Part shown: positions 10,290-21,493 of the stretch, in pieces
Position numbering within the stretch: the first letter of the stretch is position 1
Layout: each line of letters opens with the position of its first letter
From: Alphaproteobacteria bacterium MarineAlpha9_Bin6
Lineage (GTDB): Bacteria > Pseudomonadota > Alphaproteobacteria > UBA7887
Direction of reading: 5' to 3'
DNA: 64,000 nucleotides
Assembly (NCBI GenBank): GCA_002937585.1
Contig: PTKE01000003.1
Location: 40-64,039 of the forward strand
The notes under the pieces: model-generated
Database searches by the model: none
What the model was told of the DNA's origin: nothing
The model's input: only the letters and a program-made list of their open reading frames with translations
Made by a program: the position numbers and the translations under genes

Positions 10290-10888
10290 CCGTTTTTTAG
10301 CCCCCGTAACCGTAAAGAACGTTCAACGTAGCGAGCAAACATATCTATCTCAACGTTAACCCGTGTTCCGGAACGTAAATCGCCGAGCGTAGTAACATCT
10401 TGGGTATGGGGTATGACGTTAATTTCAAAATATTCGTCTTTTACCTCATTTACGGTAAGTGAAACACCGTCAATTGCGATGGAATACTTAGGTGCAACGT
10501 AGCACTCTAACCAATCGGGCAAATCGAATCTCATCCTTAACGAGTCAGCATCTGGAAAAATATCAATCGCACGTAAAACTCCATCGACGTGTCCTGTAAC
10601 CAAATGACCCCCGAGTTCATCACCTAATGTGAGAGAACGCTCTAAATTTAACAAACCACCAACGCGCCAGTCACCAAGAGTGGTGCAGGCCATTGTCTCC
10701 GCCGAGGCCAAGACTGAAAACCAATCGTCTCCGGTCTCTATAACTGTCAAGCACGTTCCGGAACATGCAATTGATGCACCAATTACAATATCTTTCGTGT
10801 CGTATTTCGTCTCTATAAACAGACGACATTGATCCGTTCCGTCTATCCGGCTCAATCGACCGACGTCAGTAACAATTCCTGTAAACAT
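10286..10888 (-). CDS. ribE: riboflavin synthase alpha subunit
   Basis: 200 aa with two lumazine-binding repeats (MFTGIVTDVG... / ...VNVE). Confidence 0.85.
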   Translation of the reverse strand: MFTGIVTDVGRLSRIDGTDQCRLFIETKYDTKDIVIGASIACSGTCLTVIETGDDWFSVLASAETMACTTLGDWRVGGLLNLERSLTLGDELGGHLVTGHVDGVLRAIDIFPDADSLRMRFDLPDWLECYVAPKYSIAIDGVSLTVNEVKDEYFEINVIPHTQDVTTLGDLRSGTRVNVEIDMFARYVERSLRLRGLKNG

Positions 10889-10897
10889 TTTTAGAAG

Positions 10898-12025
10898 CTA
10901 GGACACGACGGAAAAGGATTCCAGCATATCTTTGCCTACAGCTTCGACACCCACACGCCGAAAGGTTATAGCATCGGCCAAAGTATCTAAACGGAGGGGC
11001 GCTGTGGCAGTAACGCCGTCACCCCCCAATATGCTCGGGGCACGAAACCAAGCTATGCGATCAACTATACCTGCCTGCAACAGACTCCCAGAAACGGTTG
11101 GCCCACCCTCCACCAGTAATCTCGTAATTCCTCGTTCACCTAAAGCCCTCACGGTTTGCTCTATGGATAAACGCCCATCGGCGCCAATATCCACCCCAAG
11201 AAGCTCCACTCCGCAATCTTCGAATGCGACACGCTGCTCTTTACTGTAATCCGATTTCGTTACGACCCAGGTCCGATGTTCAAGTGCCGTGGTGACCAAC
11301 GCGTGGGTCAACGGTAAACGCAAGTTACTGTCGAGCACAATACGGACTGGAGAAAACTGGTTCATACCAGTCAATCGACAAGTCAACTTTGGATCATCGG
11401 TGATTGCCGTTCCAATACCAATCATAACCGCGTCATGCTCAGCCCGCATCAAATGGCCCCTCTGGCGAGCGAGAGCCCCAGTAATCCATTGGCTTTCCCC
11501 GCGCGCGGTAGCGATAAACCCATCCAAAGTCGTTGCAAACTTTAAAGTTATCGCTGGACGACCCTTATTTATGCGAGAGAAAAATCCTTCATTCAATTCG
11601 CGGGCGTGGTCAGCAAGTATGCCTGTTTGTACGACAAGGCCAGCTTCGAGCATCCTGGCGATGCCACGACCTGAAGCCCTCGGGTCAGGATCCTCAAGGG
11701 CAATAGCACACCGAGTAATGCCCGCTCTGATAAGCGCTTCCACACAGGGGGGGGTTTCGCCTTGGTGGACGCAAGGTTCAAGGCTTACGTAGGCAGTGGC
11801 ACCCTGCGCGCGCCGCCCAGCGCGGTCAAGCGCTTCTGTTTCCGCGTGTGGCCTCCCTCCCGGCTGAGTCCAGCCCCGTCCAACAACCTGTCCCGCGCGA
11901 ACGAGAACACAGCCTACTGCCGGATTAGGCCAAACCCGCCCAAGACCGCGCCGTGCCAGTTCCAGCGCCACAGCCATGTGGCGTTGGTCGCGGGGATCAG
12001 TCCCGGTCGCTTTGGATTTCGTCAA
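10898..12025 (-). CDS. ribD: bifunctional diaminohydroxyphosphoribosylaminopyrimidine deaminase / 5-amino-6-(5-phosphoribosylamino)uracil reductase
   Basis: Deaminase zinc motifs (HAE...PCxxC) plus a reductase domain. The longest ORF start (12085) overlaps nrdR by 89 nt. A TTG at 12025-12023 preceded by GAGGA is the likely start; the ATG at 11977 is the alternative. Confidence 0.8.
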   Translation of the reverse strand: MTKSKATGTDPRDQRHMAVALELARRGLGRVWPNPAVGCVLVRAGQVVGRGWTQPGGRPHAETEALDRAGRRAQGATAYVSLEPCVHQGETPPCVEALIRAGITRCAIALEDPDPRASGRGIARMLEAGLVVQTGILADHARELNEGFFSRINKGRPAITLKFATTLDGFIATARGESQWITGALARQRGHLMRAEHDAVMIGIGTAITDDPKLTCRLTGMNQFSPVRIVLDSNLRLPLTHALVTTALEHRTWVVTKSDYSKEQRVAFEDCGVELLGVDIGADGRLSIEQTVRALGERGITRLLVEGGPTVSGSLLQAGIVDRIAWFRAPSILGGDGVTATAPLRLDTLADAITFRRVGVEAVGKDMLESFSVVS

Positions 12026-12455
12026 TAAAATCCTCGAAATCCTTTGTTTCTCGGAAATTACGGTATACCGATGCGAAGCGCACATAAGCGATAGGATCGA
12101 GTTGTGACAGCCCGTCCATCACTAACTCACCAATCGTTGTGCTTGTGACGTCGCTCTCACCCAATGTTTCAAGACGTCGTACTATCCCGTTTGCCATACG
12201 TTCAATATCATCAGGATCTACAGGACGTTTGCGCGTTGCAATGTTGATTGAACGCATGAGTTTATCGCGTTCGAATGGCGTGCGGGTGTTATCGCGCTTT
12301 ACCACGGTCAACTCGCGAAGCTGCACACGCTCGAAGGTAGTAAAACGTGATCCGCAACTAGGGCAAAATCTCCTTCGCCGTATAGCTGCATGGTCTTGGC
12401 TTGGACGTGAATCTTTCACCTGCGTATCAACACAGCTGCAAAAAGGACAGCGCAC
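11997..12455 (-). CDS. nrdR: transcriptional repressor NrdR
   Basis: 152 aa. [21 protein letters not shown] zinc ribbon followed by an ATP-cone. Confidence 0.9.
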   Translation of the reverse strand: MRCPFCSCVDTQVKDSRPSQDHAAIRRRRFCPSCGSRFTTFERVQLRELTVVKRDNTRTPFERDKLMRSINIATRKRPVDPDDIERMANGIVRRLETLGESDVTSTTIGELVMDGLSQLDPIAYVRFASVYRNFRETKDFEDFIDEIQSDRD

Positions 12456-12476
12456 AATTTTACTCCCCTCGACAGC

Positions 12477-13796
12477 TCATGATGCGTAAAGACCGCAATA
12501 AATAGGAAAACGCCGGCATATGCGTAAAACCTCAGATTTGACACGGGCCTCAATAACCGCGTTAGCATCCTCACCATGAGCAGCAAGACCATCAATGACC
12601 TGGCCTATTAGCTCTCCAATCCGGCGATACTCCGCCGTCCCAAAACCGCGCGTTGTACCAGCTGGGCTACCAAGGCGAATGCCCGACGTTACAAAGGGCT
12701 TTTCCGGATCAAATGGGACGGCATTTTTGTTACAAGTGATGCCCGAACGCCCCAAGCTACGCTCAACAATATTTCCGGTTAAATTTTTGGGCCTTAAATC
12801 AACTAACAACAAATGAGTATCGGTGCCATCAGAAACTAAATTCAGGCCTTGCTCCTGCAAAGTCACACCAAGTACTTTTGCGTTCTCAAGCACGGCCCGG
12901 GCGTAATCCCCAAATGATGACTGCAATGCTTCACCAAACGCTACCGCTTTGGCTGCAATCACGTGCATCAGAGGGCCACCTTGCAGACCCGGAAAGACTG
13001 CTGAATTTATTTTCGTGGCCATTCCCTCATCATTGCACAAGATCATTCCACCGCGTGGGCCGCGCAAGGTCTTATGGGTCGTCGTGGTAACAACGTGGGC
13101 ATGTGGAAACGGATCCGGATGGACCCCACCGGCAACTAAACCGGCGAAATGAGCCATGTCGACCATTAGAACTGCTTTTACTGAGTCGGCAATAGCACGA
13201 AATTGTTCGAAGTCTATGATCCGGGGATAAGCTGAACCTCCAGCAATAATTAGTTTTGGCCGATGTTGTATGGCTAAAGTTCGTAACTCTTCGTAGTCAA
13301 TCTCACCGTTATGTCGGGATACCCCATATTGAACCGCATCGAACCACTTTCCTGACTGATTTGGCCTAGCACCGTGAGTAAGATGACCACCAGCTGCAAG
13401 TGACATCCCCAACACGGTCTCGCCCGGATTCATCAAAGCCATCATTACGGCCTGATTAGCTTGACTACCCGAATGGGGCTGAACGTTGGCAAAAGCACAA
13501 CCAAATAATTGCCGAGCCCGTTCAATGGCAAGCTCCTCAGCAATATCTACCTGCTCACAACCGCCGTAATAGCGGCGGCCGGGATATCCTTCAGCGTATT
13601 TATTAGTTAATACTGATCCTTGCGCGGCCAGCACTGCCTCGCTGACGACATTTTCCGAAGCAATCAACTCAATTCCATCACTTAGTCGACTAAACTCACC
13701 AAAGATGGCCTCGTAGACCGCAGGATCTTGCTTGGATAAGCTAAAAACCGGATCACCCAATCCATAAGCTTCCTTACGTAACACAGATGATGTCAT
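12477..13796 (-). CDS. glyA: serine hydroxymethyltransferase
   Basis: 439 aa with the PLP-lysine motif region ([16 protein letters not shown]). Confidence 0.92.
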   Translation of the reverse strand: MTSSVLRKEAYGLGDPVFSLSKQDPAVYEAIFGEFSRLSDGIELIASENVVSEAVLAAQGSVLTNKYAEGYPGRRYYGGCEQVDIAEELAIERARQLFGCAFANVQPHSGSQANQAVMMALMNPGETVLGMSLAAGGHLTHGARPNQSGKWFDAVQYGVSRHNGEIDYEELRTLAIQHRPKLIIAGGSAYPRIIDFEQFRAIADSVKAVLMVDMAHFAGLVAGGVHPDPFPHAHVVTTTTHKTLRGPRGGMILCNDEGMATKINSAVFPGLQGGPLMHVIAAKAVAFGEALQSSFGDYARAVLENAKVLGVTLQEQGLNLVSDGTDTHLLLVDLRPKNLTGNIVERSLGRSGITCNKNAVPFDPEKPFVTSGIRLGSPAGTTRGFGTAEYRRIGELIGQVIDGLAAHGEDANAVIEARVKSEVLRICRRFPIYCGLYAS

Positions 13797-13826
13797 TAAC
13801 CTGTCAACCTATAGACTTGATATAAA

Positions 13827-14300
13827 TTAGCGATATTTAGTTTTTGGCACGGAACTCATCATGCCAACTCGCCGCGCATGCCGACCACCATCTTCAAACT
13901 CCGTGTCTAAAAATTCACGTAAACACGATTTTGCTACAGCCTCATCAACGATCCGTGCACCCAGCGCCAATACATTCGCATTGTTATGCTTTCGGCCCAA
14001 GCGTGCAGTCTCTACATTGTGGCATAATGCAGCACGAACCCCCGGGTGTCGATTTGCGGTAATACTGACCCCAATTCCAGTACCGCACAAAATTACCCCG
14101 TATCCTGCTTTGCCGCTAGCCACGGCCGCAGCGACGTTATGCGCAAAAAGAGGATAATCGACAGAATCCAAGCTGTCTGTACCCATATCAAGAATCTGAT
14201 AACCAAGAATCTCCAAATCCTTGCACAAAATTCTTTTAAGCAGAAATCCCGCATGGTCCGAAGCTATGGCAATCACTTCGTCCTTTTCCATAGTTTCCAT
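13827..14300 (-). CDS. rpiB: ribose-5-phosphate isomerase B
   Basis: 157 aa RpiB/LacAB family (IAIASDHAGF...ILCGTGIGVSITANR). Confidence 0.85.
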   Translation of the reverse strand: METMEKDEVIAIASDHAGFLLKRILCKDLEILGYQILDMGTDSLDSVDYPLFAHNVAAAVASGKAGYGVILCGTGIGVSITANRHPGVRAALCHNVETARLGRKHNNANVLALGARIVDEAVAKSCLREFLDTEFEDGGRHARRVGMMSSVPKTKYR

Positions 14301-14721
14301 GACAATCAGATGCTTAACTCGTTAGATAGGAAATCAGTTGGGACAGATGCTTAATAACTCACCCCTAAGCAGGTGAAACACCTAGGTTAAAGTACTACTA
14401 TATATAGACCATCCGCAAGCATACGACCAATCAGTCAATATAGTGTTCCACATCATCCAAAAATACGAAACCTTTGCAACAAATAAAGTGACTTCAATAC
14501 TTACTTTACAAATTATCACTAACGCCTAATAGGGTCCATGCAATATCACAACAGATTAAAAACTTTAAAGTTTTCAATTTACCGATCAAACTCATATCGA
14601 AAACTAAAAACCAAACAAAATTCAATATGTTTCTTTGTACGATACTGATTAATATTGACAATCATAATTTGATCTGTAAGAAGTCGCTAATCTAGCAACT
14701 GGAAAAATTAAATATTTAAAA

Positions 14722-15153
14722 ATGAATGACGACTCAAGTACAAGCAAATCAGCAAAAACCGTGCTTCAGATGGCGTCGGAAATTGTCTCTGCATATGTCA
14801 GCCACAACGCACTTCCTGCAGCACACATTCCTGAATTAATTCAGACTGTTTACAAATCCTTGGCTGATATGGAGCGGCCGCAAGGTGATGCAGCTAAAGA
14901 GCCGCTTAAACCAGCGGTGCCACCTCGCCGTTCGATAACCCCTGAGCACATAATCTGTCTTGAGGATGGAAAGAGGCTAAAGATGCTTAAAAGGCATCTG
15001 CGGACAACCTACAACATGACGCCAGACGATTACCGCAAGAAATGGGGGTTAGCGGCCGACTATCCCATGGTCGCGCCCAATTATGCGGCGCAGCGGTCCG
15101 AATTTGCCAAAAAGATTGGCCTTGGTAGGAAGAGCAAAGGGATTGTGAGCTAG
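14722..15153 (+). CDS. Ros/MucR family transcriptional regulator (zinc finger)
   Basis: 143 aa. The C-terminal CLEDGKRLKMLKRHLRTTYNMTPDDYRKKWGL is the Ros/MucR zinc-finger signature. A ~420-bp AT-rich region lies upstream. Confidence 0.85.
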   Translation: MNDDSSTSKSAKTVLQMASEIVSAYVSHNALPAAHIPELIQTVYKSLADMERPQGDAAKEPLKPAVPPRRSITPEHIICLEDGKRLKMLKRHLRTTYNMTPDDYRKKWGLAADYPMVAPNYAAQRSEFAKKIGLGRKSKGIVS

Positions 15154-15419
15154 CTGTTCAGATACTCTCTATATTTGGGTCTAAATTCCGGTCTATCTAT
15201 TCTCCGGCCCGTAGCTATTTATGATACGACATCAGCTAACTGCACGGGCTCGTATCACTGGTTTTTCCAAAGCTTGGCTCCACACTAAGCCACCTTTAAT
15301 GCCCGCTAAAGGTCTGAGATAGATTGCCGTTTGGCGCACCGCTTCAACGCCCAAACCCAAAAAAAGGCGCAAGCGTAATATTTCATTTGGATCGGAAACT
15401 GACGACATATATACCCAGT

Positions 15420-16535
15420 CTACATATCGGTGTACTCGTAGTTGCCGTTACTCCACTCATAAAAAACATAGCCAGGCGCATTCACATCACCCTTATGGTC
15501 AAAACCAATCGCCCCAAATACCGTATCAAACTTTTCAGTTCTTAATTTGTTAATTAAATCATCAACGTCAGTACCGCCAGTTAACTCTGCCGCCTGGGCA
15601 AACACCTGGATAGCGGCGTACGTGTACAGAGTGTATCCCTCCGGTCTGTAACCCTGTTCAAGGAAGCGAGCGACGACATCTTCAGCTTCTGGATTTTTGC
15701 TGGGATCTGGGCTGAAAGAGAACAAAGTGCCTTCACCCGCAGGTCCGGTAATCGACCAAAATTCTTCAGTCACTAGTGCGTCGCCAGAAATAAGACGAGC
15801 ATTCAAACCCTGCTGACGTGCCTGGCGAACAATTAGACCCGCCTCAGTGTGATAGCCGCCTAAATAAATGATATCGATACTTTCAAACTTAAGTTTACTC
15901 ACCAATGCCGAATAGTCTTTTTCTCCCGCAGTGTACGCCTCATAAAGCACTTCCTGCACGCCACGGGCATTGAGTTCCTTTTTTGTCTCATCGGCTAAGC
16001 CCTTACCATAAGCGGTCTTATCGTGCAGTATTCCGATTCTGGCGCCGGGGAAATTCTTCGCAATAAAGGAGCCAGCCACCTGGCCCTGCTGATCGTCGCG
16101 ACCGCAAGTTCGAAAAACGTTATCAAAACCACGCTCCGTCAACATTGGATTGGTGGAGGCAGGCGATATTTGGAGAATACCCTCTTCGTAATATACCTCT
16201 GAGGCCGGAATTGACGTGCTCGAGCAAAAATGCCCAGCCATAAACGAAATACCCTTGTTAGCCATCTGATTGGCCACAGCGACTGCCTGTTTGGCCTCGC
16301 AGGCATCATCTCCAACTTCAAGAACTAGCTTACGGCCCAGAACGCCGCCAGCAGCGTTGATGTCTGCTACCGCCATCTCCGCGCCACGCAGCATTTGCTC
16401 CCCAAAAACCGCATATTGGCCGGTTATTGGGCCTGCCACCGCTATTACAAGATCGTCAGAGGCCTGTGAATTGTTATGTTGGCCTATAGCAGCCATGCTG
16501 ACTATTGCAGCCAGCGCCCAGTGATTTAATTTCAT
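15420..16535 (-). CDS. branched-chain amino acid ABC transporter substrate-binding protein (LivK/LivJ-like)
   Basis: 371 aa with a signal peptide and type-I periplasmic binding fold, next to the livHMGF genes. Confidence 0.8.
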   Translation of the reverse strand: MKLNHWALAAIVSMAAIGQHNNSQASDDLVIAVAGPITGQYAVFGEQMLRGAEMAVADINAAGGVLGRKLVLEVGDDACEAKQAVAVANQMANKGISFMAGHFCSSTSIPASEVYYEEGILQISPASTNPMLTERGFDNVFRTCGRDDQQGQVAGSFIAKNFPGARIGILHDKTAYGKGLADETKKELNARGVQEVLYEAYTAGEKDYSALVSKLKFESIDIIYLGGYHTEAGLIVRQARQQGLNARLISGDALVTEEFWSITGPAGEGTLFSFSPDPSKNPEAEDVVARFLEQGYRPEGYTLYTYAAIQVFAQAAELTGGTDVDDLINKLRTEKFDTVFGAIGFDHKGDVNAPGYVFYEWSNGNYEYTDM

Positions 16536-16691
16536 ATCATATATTCCTTCACCACTTCGTCATGACGGCCGAACCCTATCTACTATGCAGCACTGGCCCG
16601 ACAAATCGAGAACTTATATTTTTTTTAACTTTTAATTTGGATACTTGCCTGCACGCATGGAAATATATGATACAGGAGGCGCAGATCGCCC

Positions 16692-17036
16692 CTAGTGCCG
16701 AGACCTGTAACTAAAAAGACTGGAGCGGTCGAATAACCAAGGATACTGCCTGACAACCACAGATACATGGACTATGCGATAACTTAAAATTCCAATGCCC
16801 ATGACAACTAGAGTATCAAACATATACCCGGAAACTGATACCAAAGATCCTTCGAATAGAGCATAAACGAAGAAGCGATCTACCAAGCCAAGACCGAGGC
16901 AAGACAATACAACCTGCCAAATAGGCCGCCAAGCTCGAGCCAGAGCACGACCTGTCAAAAGCGCGGCGCCACCAATTAACACCACCGTAAGGACTAGGAA
17001 TACCAGTAGGCTAACACTGGTTACCGCGCTTATCAT
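16692..17036 (-). CDS. small membrane protein of the kind conserved within liv operons (DUF6867-like)
   Basis: 114 aa with 3-4 TM helices, lying between livF and the binding protein. Confidence 0.45.
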   Translation of the reverse strand: MISAVTSVSLLVFLVLTVVLIGGAALLTGRALARAWRPIWQVVLSCLGLGLVDRFFVYALFEGSLVSVSGYMFDTLVVMGIGILSYRIVHVSVVVRQYPWLFDRSSLFSYRSRH

Positions 17037-17042
17037 GAGTTC

Positions 17043-17753
17043 TTAATTCCCTCCCCCTAAATAGGCATTCCGCACTTCTGGATCCGCAAGCAACTCATCC
17101 CCAGTGCCGTGCAAGATGATCTCACCATTCGCAAGCACATAGGCTCGGTGCGCCAGGAGAAGCGATTGATGAGCATTTTGCTCTACTAATAGTATGGTTA
17201 CCCCTCGGTCTTGGTTAATCTGGCCAATCACGTCAAAAATCTGCTTCACAAGCATAGGGCCAAGCCCTAGTGATGGCTCATCTAGCAACAACAAACGCGG
17301 GTGACTCATCAAGGCCCGCGCAATAGCAAGCATCTGTTGTTCACCACCTGAAAGGGTGCCCCCTCGTTGCTGCTGCCGTTCACCCAAGATTGGGAATAAA
17401 TCAAAAACTAACCCCAAATCGTCGTTAAAATGGGCTGGATCGCTGGCTACCGCACCCATTTGTAGGTTTTCTAGCACCGTCATACGCGGGAAGATTCGCC
17501 GTCCTTCAGGCGAGTGGCTTAGGCCACTTCGAATTATCTGAAAAGTTGGCACGTGAGTGATGTCATCACCATCAAATAAGACCCGACCACTCCTAGCGCG
17601 CGGCTGACCACAAATCGTCATTAAGGTAGTTGATTTTCCAGCGCCGTTAGCACCGATCATGGCCACGATTTCACCTGAATCTACATGAAGGTTGATACCG
17701 CGTAGGGCCTGAATTCGACCATAAAAACTATGGACGTTTTCTAGCCTCAACAT
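17043..17753 (-). CDS. livF: branched-chain amino acid ABC transporter ATP-binding protein LivF
   Basis: Walker A (GANGAGKST) and ABC signature (LSGGEQQ). The start at M12 is chosen to avoid overlap with livG. Confidence 0.85.
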   Translation of the reverse strand: MLRLENVHSFYGRIQALRGINLHVDSGEIVAMIGANGAGKSTTLMTICGQPRARSGRVLFDGDDITHVPTFQIIRSGLSHSPEGRRIFPRMTVLENLQMGAVASDPAHFNDDLGLVFDLFPILGERQQQRGGTLSGGEQQMLAIARALMSHPRLLLLDEPSLGLGPMLVKQIFDVIGQINQDRGVTILLVEQNAHQSLLLAHRAYVLANGEIILHGTGDELLADPEVRNAYLGGGN

Positions 17754-18583
17754 GACAAGCCCGGTTCGACGGCACCAGGATCGCACTCCGCTTCCTCACC
17801 TAAATAAGCGCGAATTACCCTTGGGTCATGACGTACCGACACAGGAGATCCGTCCGAAATCTTTTTACCATAATCAAGGACAACAATGTGGTCCGAAATA
17901 TTCATGACCACACTCATATCGTGCTCAATCAATAGAATACCGATGCCATACGTATCACATATGTTACGCAGCAGCTTGTTGAGCGCAGCAGATTCGTTTC
18001 GGTTAAGCCCTGCCGCCGGCTCATCTAGACACAGCAAGGTGGGCTTACTGCACATGGCGCGTGCTATTTCTAAACGTCGCTGATCCCCATACGGAAGTTC
18101 CCCGGCTTGCCGATCTGCGTCAGGTAGCAGCCCGATCCGCTCAAGCCATTGACTAGCGAATTTGACGGCACCACTCTCGGCGTCGCGATACCTAGATAAT
18201 CCGAGCAGACCTGCGACCGAAAACAAAGATGCCCGCATTAGTTCATTGTGTTGAGCAACAATCAAATTTTCCAAAACTGACATAGCTGGAAACAACCGAA
18301 TATTTTGGAAAGTACGAGCGACCCCAGCGCGAGCAATTCGAAAACCCTCCATACGTTCTAGGTAGACGGGATCTCGGCCCAAAACCGAAAAGGTTAGCCT
18401 ACCAACCGTCGGTTTATAAAAACCAGTCAAACAATTAAATACTGTAGTTTTACCAGCGCCGTTTGGGCCAATAATCGCTGTTATCTCACCTTGGGCCGCA
18501 GAAAATGATAGATCTTCGATTGCAACCAGCCCACCAAATTCCATGGTCAAATGCTCAACTCTGAGTAATTCCGAAACCGTCAT
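17747..18583 (-). CDS. livG: branched-chain amino acid ABC transporter ATP-binding protein LivG
   Basis: 278 aa with Walker A (GPNGAGKTT) and a LivG-type C-terminal extension. Confidence 0.85.
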   Translation of the reverse strand: MTVSELLRVEHLTMEFGGLVAIEDLSFSAAQGEITAIIGPNGAGKTTVFNCLTGFYKPTVGRLTFSVLGRDPVYLERMEGFRIARAGVARTFQNIRLFPAMSVLENLIVAQHNELMRASLFSVAGLLGLSRYRDAESGAVKFASQWLERIGLLPDADRQAGELPYGDQRRLEIARAMCSKPTLLCLDEPAAGLNRNESAALNKLLRNICDTYGIGILLIEHDMSVVMNISDHIVVLDYGKKISDGSPVSVRHDPRVIRAYLGEEAECDPGAVEPGLSC

Positions 18584-19881
18584 TTCGGAGCTATTGGCCT
18601 GCTTGGATTTAGCATTAGAGTAGGTCTTCGGTGTGCTAACAGACCCCTTGGTCTCCAGACCATCACTAAAACCATCGCCAAACCAAATACAAGCATTCGA
18701 TACTCAGAAAATTCTCGCAAAGCTTCGGGCAATAAAACTATCGCAGCAGCCGCCAACACGACCCCAATCTGGCTACCCATGCCACCGAGTACAACTATTG
18801 ACAAGACGATAGCTGATTCAATGAAAGTGAAACTTTCAGGACTGATAAATCCGTTTCGACTTGCAAAAAATGCCCCTGCAAACCCACCAAACATTGCACC
18901 AAGTGCAAATGCAGACAATTTGGTGTTCACCGGATTAATTCCGAGGGAACGACACGCAATCTCGTCTTCCCGAAGTGCCTCCCAAGCTCTACCGATTGGT
19001 AATTTTCGAATTCGAAGCACGAAGATATTCGTAATGAGAGCAAGGATTAAGATTACGTAATAAAGAAATATGATTCGATGGTCTCCCGAAAACGGCAGAT
19101 CGAAATACTCGTGGAAACTATGTCCCTCGCGCGTCCGGCGGGTAAATTCTAAGCCAAATAATGTTGGTCGTGGAATGCCTGCAATGCCGTTTGGCCCGCC
19201 AGACAATGCCACCCAGTTGGTTAGCACGACGCGGATGATTTCACCGAATCCGAGTGTCACGATTGCTAGATAATCACCTCTCAGACGCAACACTGGATAT
19301 CCGAGCAGGATCCCAAACATTGCAGCAACTGCCCCAGCGATCGGCAGACAACCCCAAAAAGACCAGTCGTACACAGTGCCGAGCAGAGCAAACGTATAAG
19401 CACCAACGGCGTAAAACGCTACATACCCGAGATCCAGCAAACCGGCGAGGCCAACCACAATATTTAGGCCCCACCCAAGCATTACATAGATCAATACCAA
19501 CGTCGCCAAATCGACCGCGCGGCGATCCACTTCTGGCATCAACGGGAACAGAAGTGCAAGTACTATTATACCTAAGATAAGTAAGACCTGTCGCCGTTCG
19601 ATAACCGATCCAAAACGTTGAAATCCAGGCAAAGAAAAACGATTCAGTCGCCATACACCATGCATTGCCGTCACTAAGGAGCGGCCTAGAAATACGATAA
19701 CAACAGAGACCACAAGTGCTTCCCAGCGAAACTCAAAGCTCAGTCCATCTCCGCCGCCAACGGTGCGGAAACCAATAAGTGGCAGAGCGAGAACCAAAGC
19801 TACCAGCGAAGCCAGCCCAGCCTCCTTAAGGACTGCTGATGCCCGTAATTTTTCTAATCCCAAAGAACTTTGATTGGCCAC
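18580..19881 (-). CDS. livM: branched-chain amino acid ABC transporter permease LivM
   Basis: 433 aa polytopic permease. Start overlaps the preceding stop (ATGA) with livG. Confidence 0.8.
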   Translation of the reverse strand: MANQSSLGLEKLRASAVLKEAGLASLVALVLALPLIGFRTVGGGDGLSFEFRWEALVVSVVIVFLGRSLVTAMHGVWRLNRFSLPGFQRFGSVIERRQVLLILGIIVLALLFPLMPEVDRRAVDLATLVLIYVMLGWGLNIVVGLAGLLDLGYVAFYAVGAYTFALLGTVYDWSFWGCLPIAGAVAAMFGILLGYPVLRLRGDYLAIVTLGFGEIIRVVLTNWVALSGGPNGIAGIPRPTLFGLEFTRRTREGHSFHEYFDLPFSGDHRIIFLYYVILILALITNIFVLRIRKLPIGRAWEALREDEIACRSLGINPVNTKLSAFALGAMFGGFAGAFFASRNGFISPESFTFIESAIVLSIVVLGGMGSQIGVVLAAAAIVLLPEALREFSEYRMLVFGLAMVLVMVWRPRGLLAHRRPTLMLNPSRPIAPK

Positions 19882-19884
19882 CGT

Positions 19885-20802
19885 TTATACTTTTTCAACG
19901 TCTGGCCGGCCGAGCAAGCCGCTCGGCAAAAATATCAACACCAAAACTAGAATACCGAACGAGGCCACGTCCTTATATTCGACGGAAAAATAACCAGCCC
20001 AAAACGCTTCCACCAGACCTAACAACATACCACCCAGCATCGCTCCCGGCAGTGATCCTATTCCTCCAAGAACTGCCGCAGTGAAAGCCTTAAGACCGGC
20101 GATGAATCCCATGAAAAAGTCAATGACACCGTAATACATAGTCACCAACATTCCTGCCACTGCTGCAAGCATTGCGCCCATTATAAATGTCAGTGAAATG
20201 GTGCGGTCGACATTGATTCCGAGCAGAGTAGCCATACCCCGATCTTGCTCGCAAGCACGTTGGGCTCGACCCAGCGCTGTACGAGCTATCAAGGTGGCAA
20301 AAATCGCCATCAATAAGATGGTGAGCAAAATAATAAAAATCTGAATATAGCTGAGAATCACTGTGAAATTGCCGGTTGCATAGAGGATCACCCCACCTCG
20401 TATGATTGGCTGTAGCGTCTTCACACCTGCCCCTTGCGTAAGCAATACATAGTTCTGTAAAGCCAACGACATACCAATTGCTGAGATCAGCGCGGCGAGT
20501 CGTTGCGATCCCCGCAAGGGTCGGTACGCAATACGCTCCACTGCCCAACCGTACGCAGACGTAAAGACGATAGCCACCAGCAACACCATTATTAACGCGA
20601 GTGGCATCCAGGTAACCCCGGTCACACCTAGCATGGTAAATGCGAGTATGGATAGGAATGCCCCGATCATGTAAATCTCGCCGTGGGCAAAATTTATCAT
20701 ACCAATAATTCCGTACACCATCGTGTAACCTATGGCGATCAGTCCGTAGATGCTGCCGAGGGTGAGTCCATTAACCAATTGCTGAATAAAATACGCCATC
20801 AA
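19885..20802 (-). CDS. livH: branched-chain amino acid ABC transporter permease LivH
   Basis: 305 aa polytopic permease and first gene of the operon. Confidence 0.8.
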   Translation of the reverse strand: MMAYFIQQLVNGLTLGSIYGLIAIGYTMVYGIIGMINFAHGEIYMIGAFLSILAFTMLGVTGVTWMPLALIMVLLVAIVFTSAYGWAVERIAYRPLRGSQRLAALISAIGMSLALQNYVLLTQGAGVKTLQPIIRGGVILYATGNFTVILSYIQIFIILLTILLMAIFATLIARTALGRAQRACEQDRGMATLLGINVDRTISLTFIMGAMLAAVAGMLVTMYYGVIDFFMGFIAGLKAFTAAVLGGIGSLPGAMLGGMLLGLVEAFWAGYFSVEYKDVASFGILVLVLIFLPSGLLGRPDVEKV

Positions 20803-21177
20803 TAAAAAGCCTGACTAATTTAGCGTGGACCCGTTTGCTGCCGAGCCTGGTCTGTCTATAGCAAAGTACGGCAAGACGGAGCCAGTCCGAGCGTTATGGC
20901 ACAGACCAATAATGTACTTCTAATATATCTACTGCGAGGACGATTTAATTTCATTGAACAGTAGGCCCCAGGGAATCGCCAAGCGCTTCGCAGATGGCTA
21001 AACTTAGTGTGTACTTATGTTAGAGACGTGGCGGGAGGTTGAAGGAAGACAGAGATGAATGCAATAAAATCGAATTTCTCGGTCACTCATCGCGATGATT
21101 CCACTTTTAAAACTGAAAGACTGTGAGATTATTTTGAGTATCGCGGTCTTGGCATCAAGGAATCAGCAAGGGGTGCG

Positions 21178-21471
21178 ATGGTCGCCCATATCATCCGTGC
21201 AGCAAAGCCGTTTGACGGTGGCGGGACAGGTCTCCACCAGCACGACTGCGAATTCCAATTCGTATGCGTCCTCAGTGGCTGGGCTCGGTTCCAACGCGAG
21301 GACCAAGGAGAGGTCACTATTCGTGCTGGAAGCTGTGTAAACCAACCACCAGGAATAAGGCACAACCTGATCGAGTATTCTGACGATTTCGAGGTGCTAG
21401 AGTTGGTTGTACCTGCGGATTTTGGCACCGCAAATTTAGGTGAAGGTAACGCTAAAGCCGCAATTGACTAA
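21178..21471 (+). CDS. small cupin-domain protein
   Basis: 97 aa cupin motif region (GLHQHDCEFQFVCVLSGWARF...PPGIRHN). Confidence 0.5.
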   Translation: MVAHIIRAAKPFDGGGTGLHQHDCEFQFVCVLSGWARFQREDQGEVTIRAGSCVNQPPGIRHNLIEYSDDFEVLELVVPADFGTANLGEGNAKAAID

Positions 21472-21493
21472 CTCGCTTGGAGTTCAACAGATT

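Noticed and set aside
9685-10359. 224-aa ORF on the plus strand
   Set aside because: It is entirely antisense to ribBA, which is a strongly supported conserved gene. It is Arg/Ser/Ala-rich, a typical artefact of the opposite frame of a GC-rich gene.
11289-11792. 167-aa plus-strand ORF, and several 60-115-aa ORFs within 10898-12085
   Set aside because: They are antisense to or overlap ribD and have no recognisable domain.
12023-12085. 89-nt overlap between the nrdR 3' end and the longest ribD ORF
   Set aside because: This is explained by a downstream start: TTG at 12025 with a GAGGA RBS, or ATG at 11977. It is not a frameshift or fusion.
8689-12476. Looked for an FMN riboswitch (RFN element) in the nrdR-ribD-ribE-ribBA-ribH operon
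   Set aside because: The genes overlap or abut, and nrdR is 21 nt from glyA, so there is no leader of sufficient length. Any riboswitch must be elsewhere in the genome.
15324-15372. Possible rho-independent terminator after the liv binding-protein gene (cgcttgcg followed by a T-run on the minus strand)
   Set aside because: The stem is only 3-4 bp, too weak to call.
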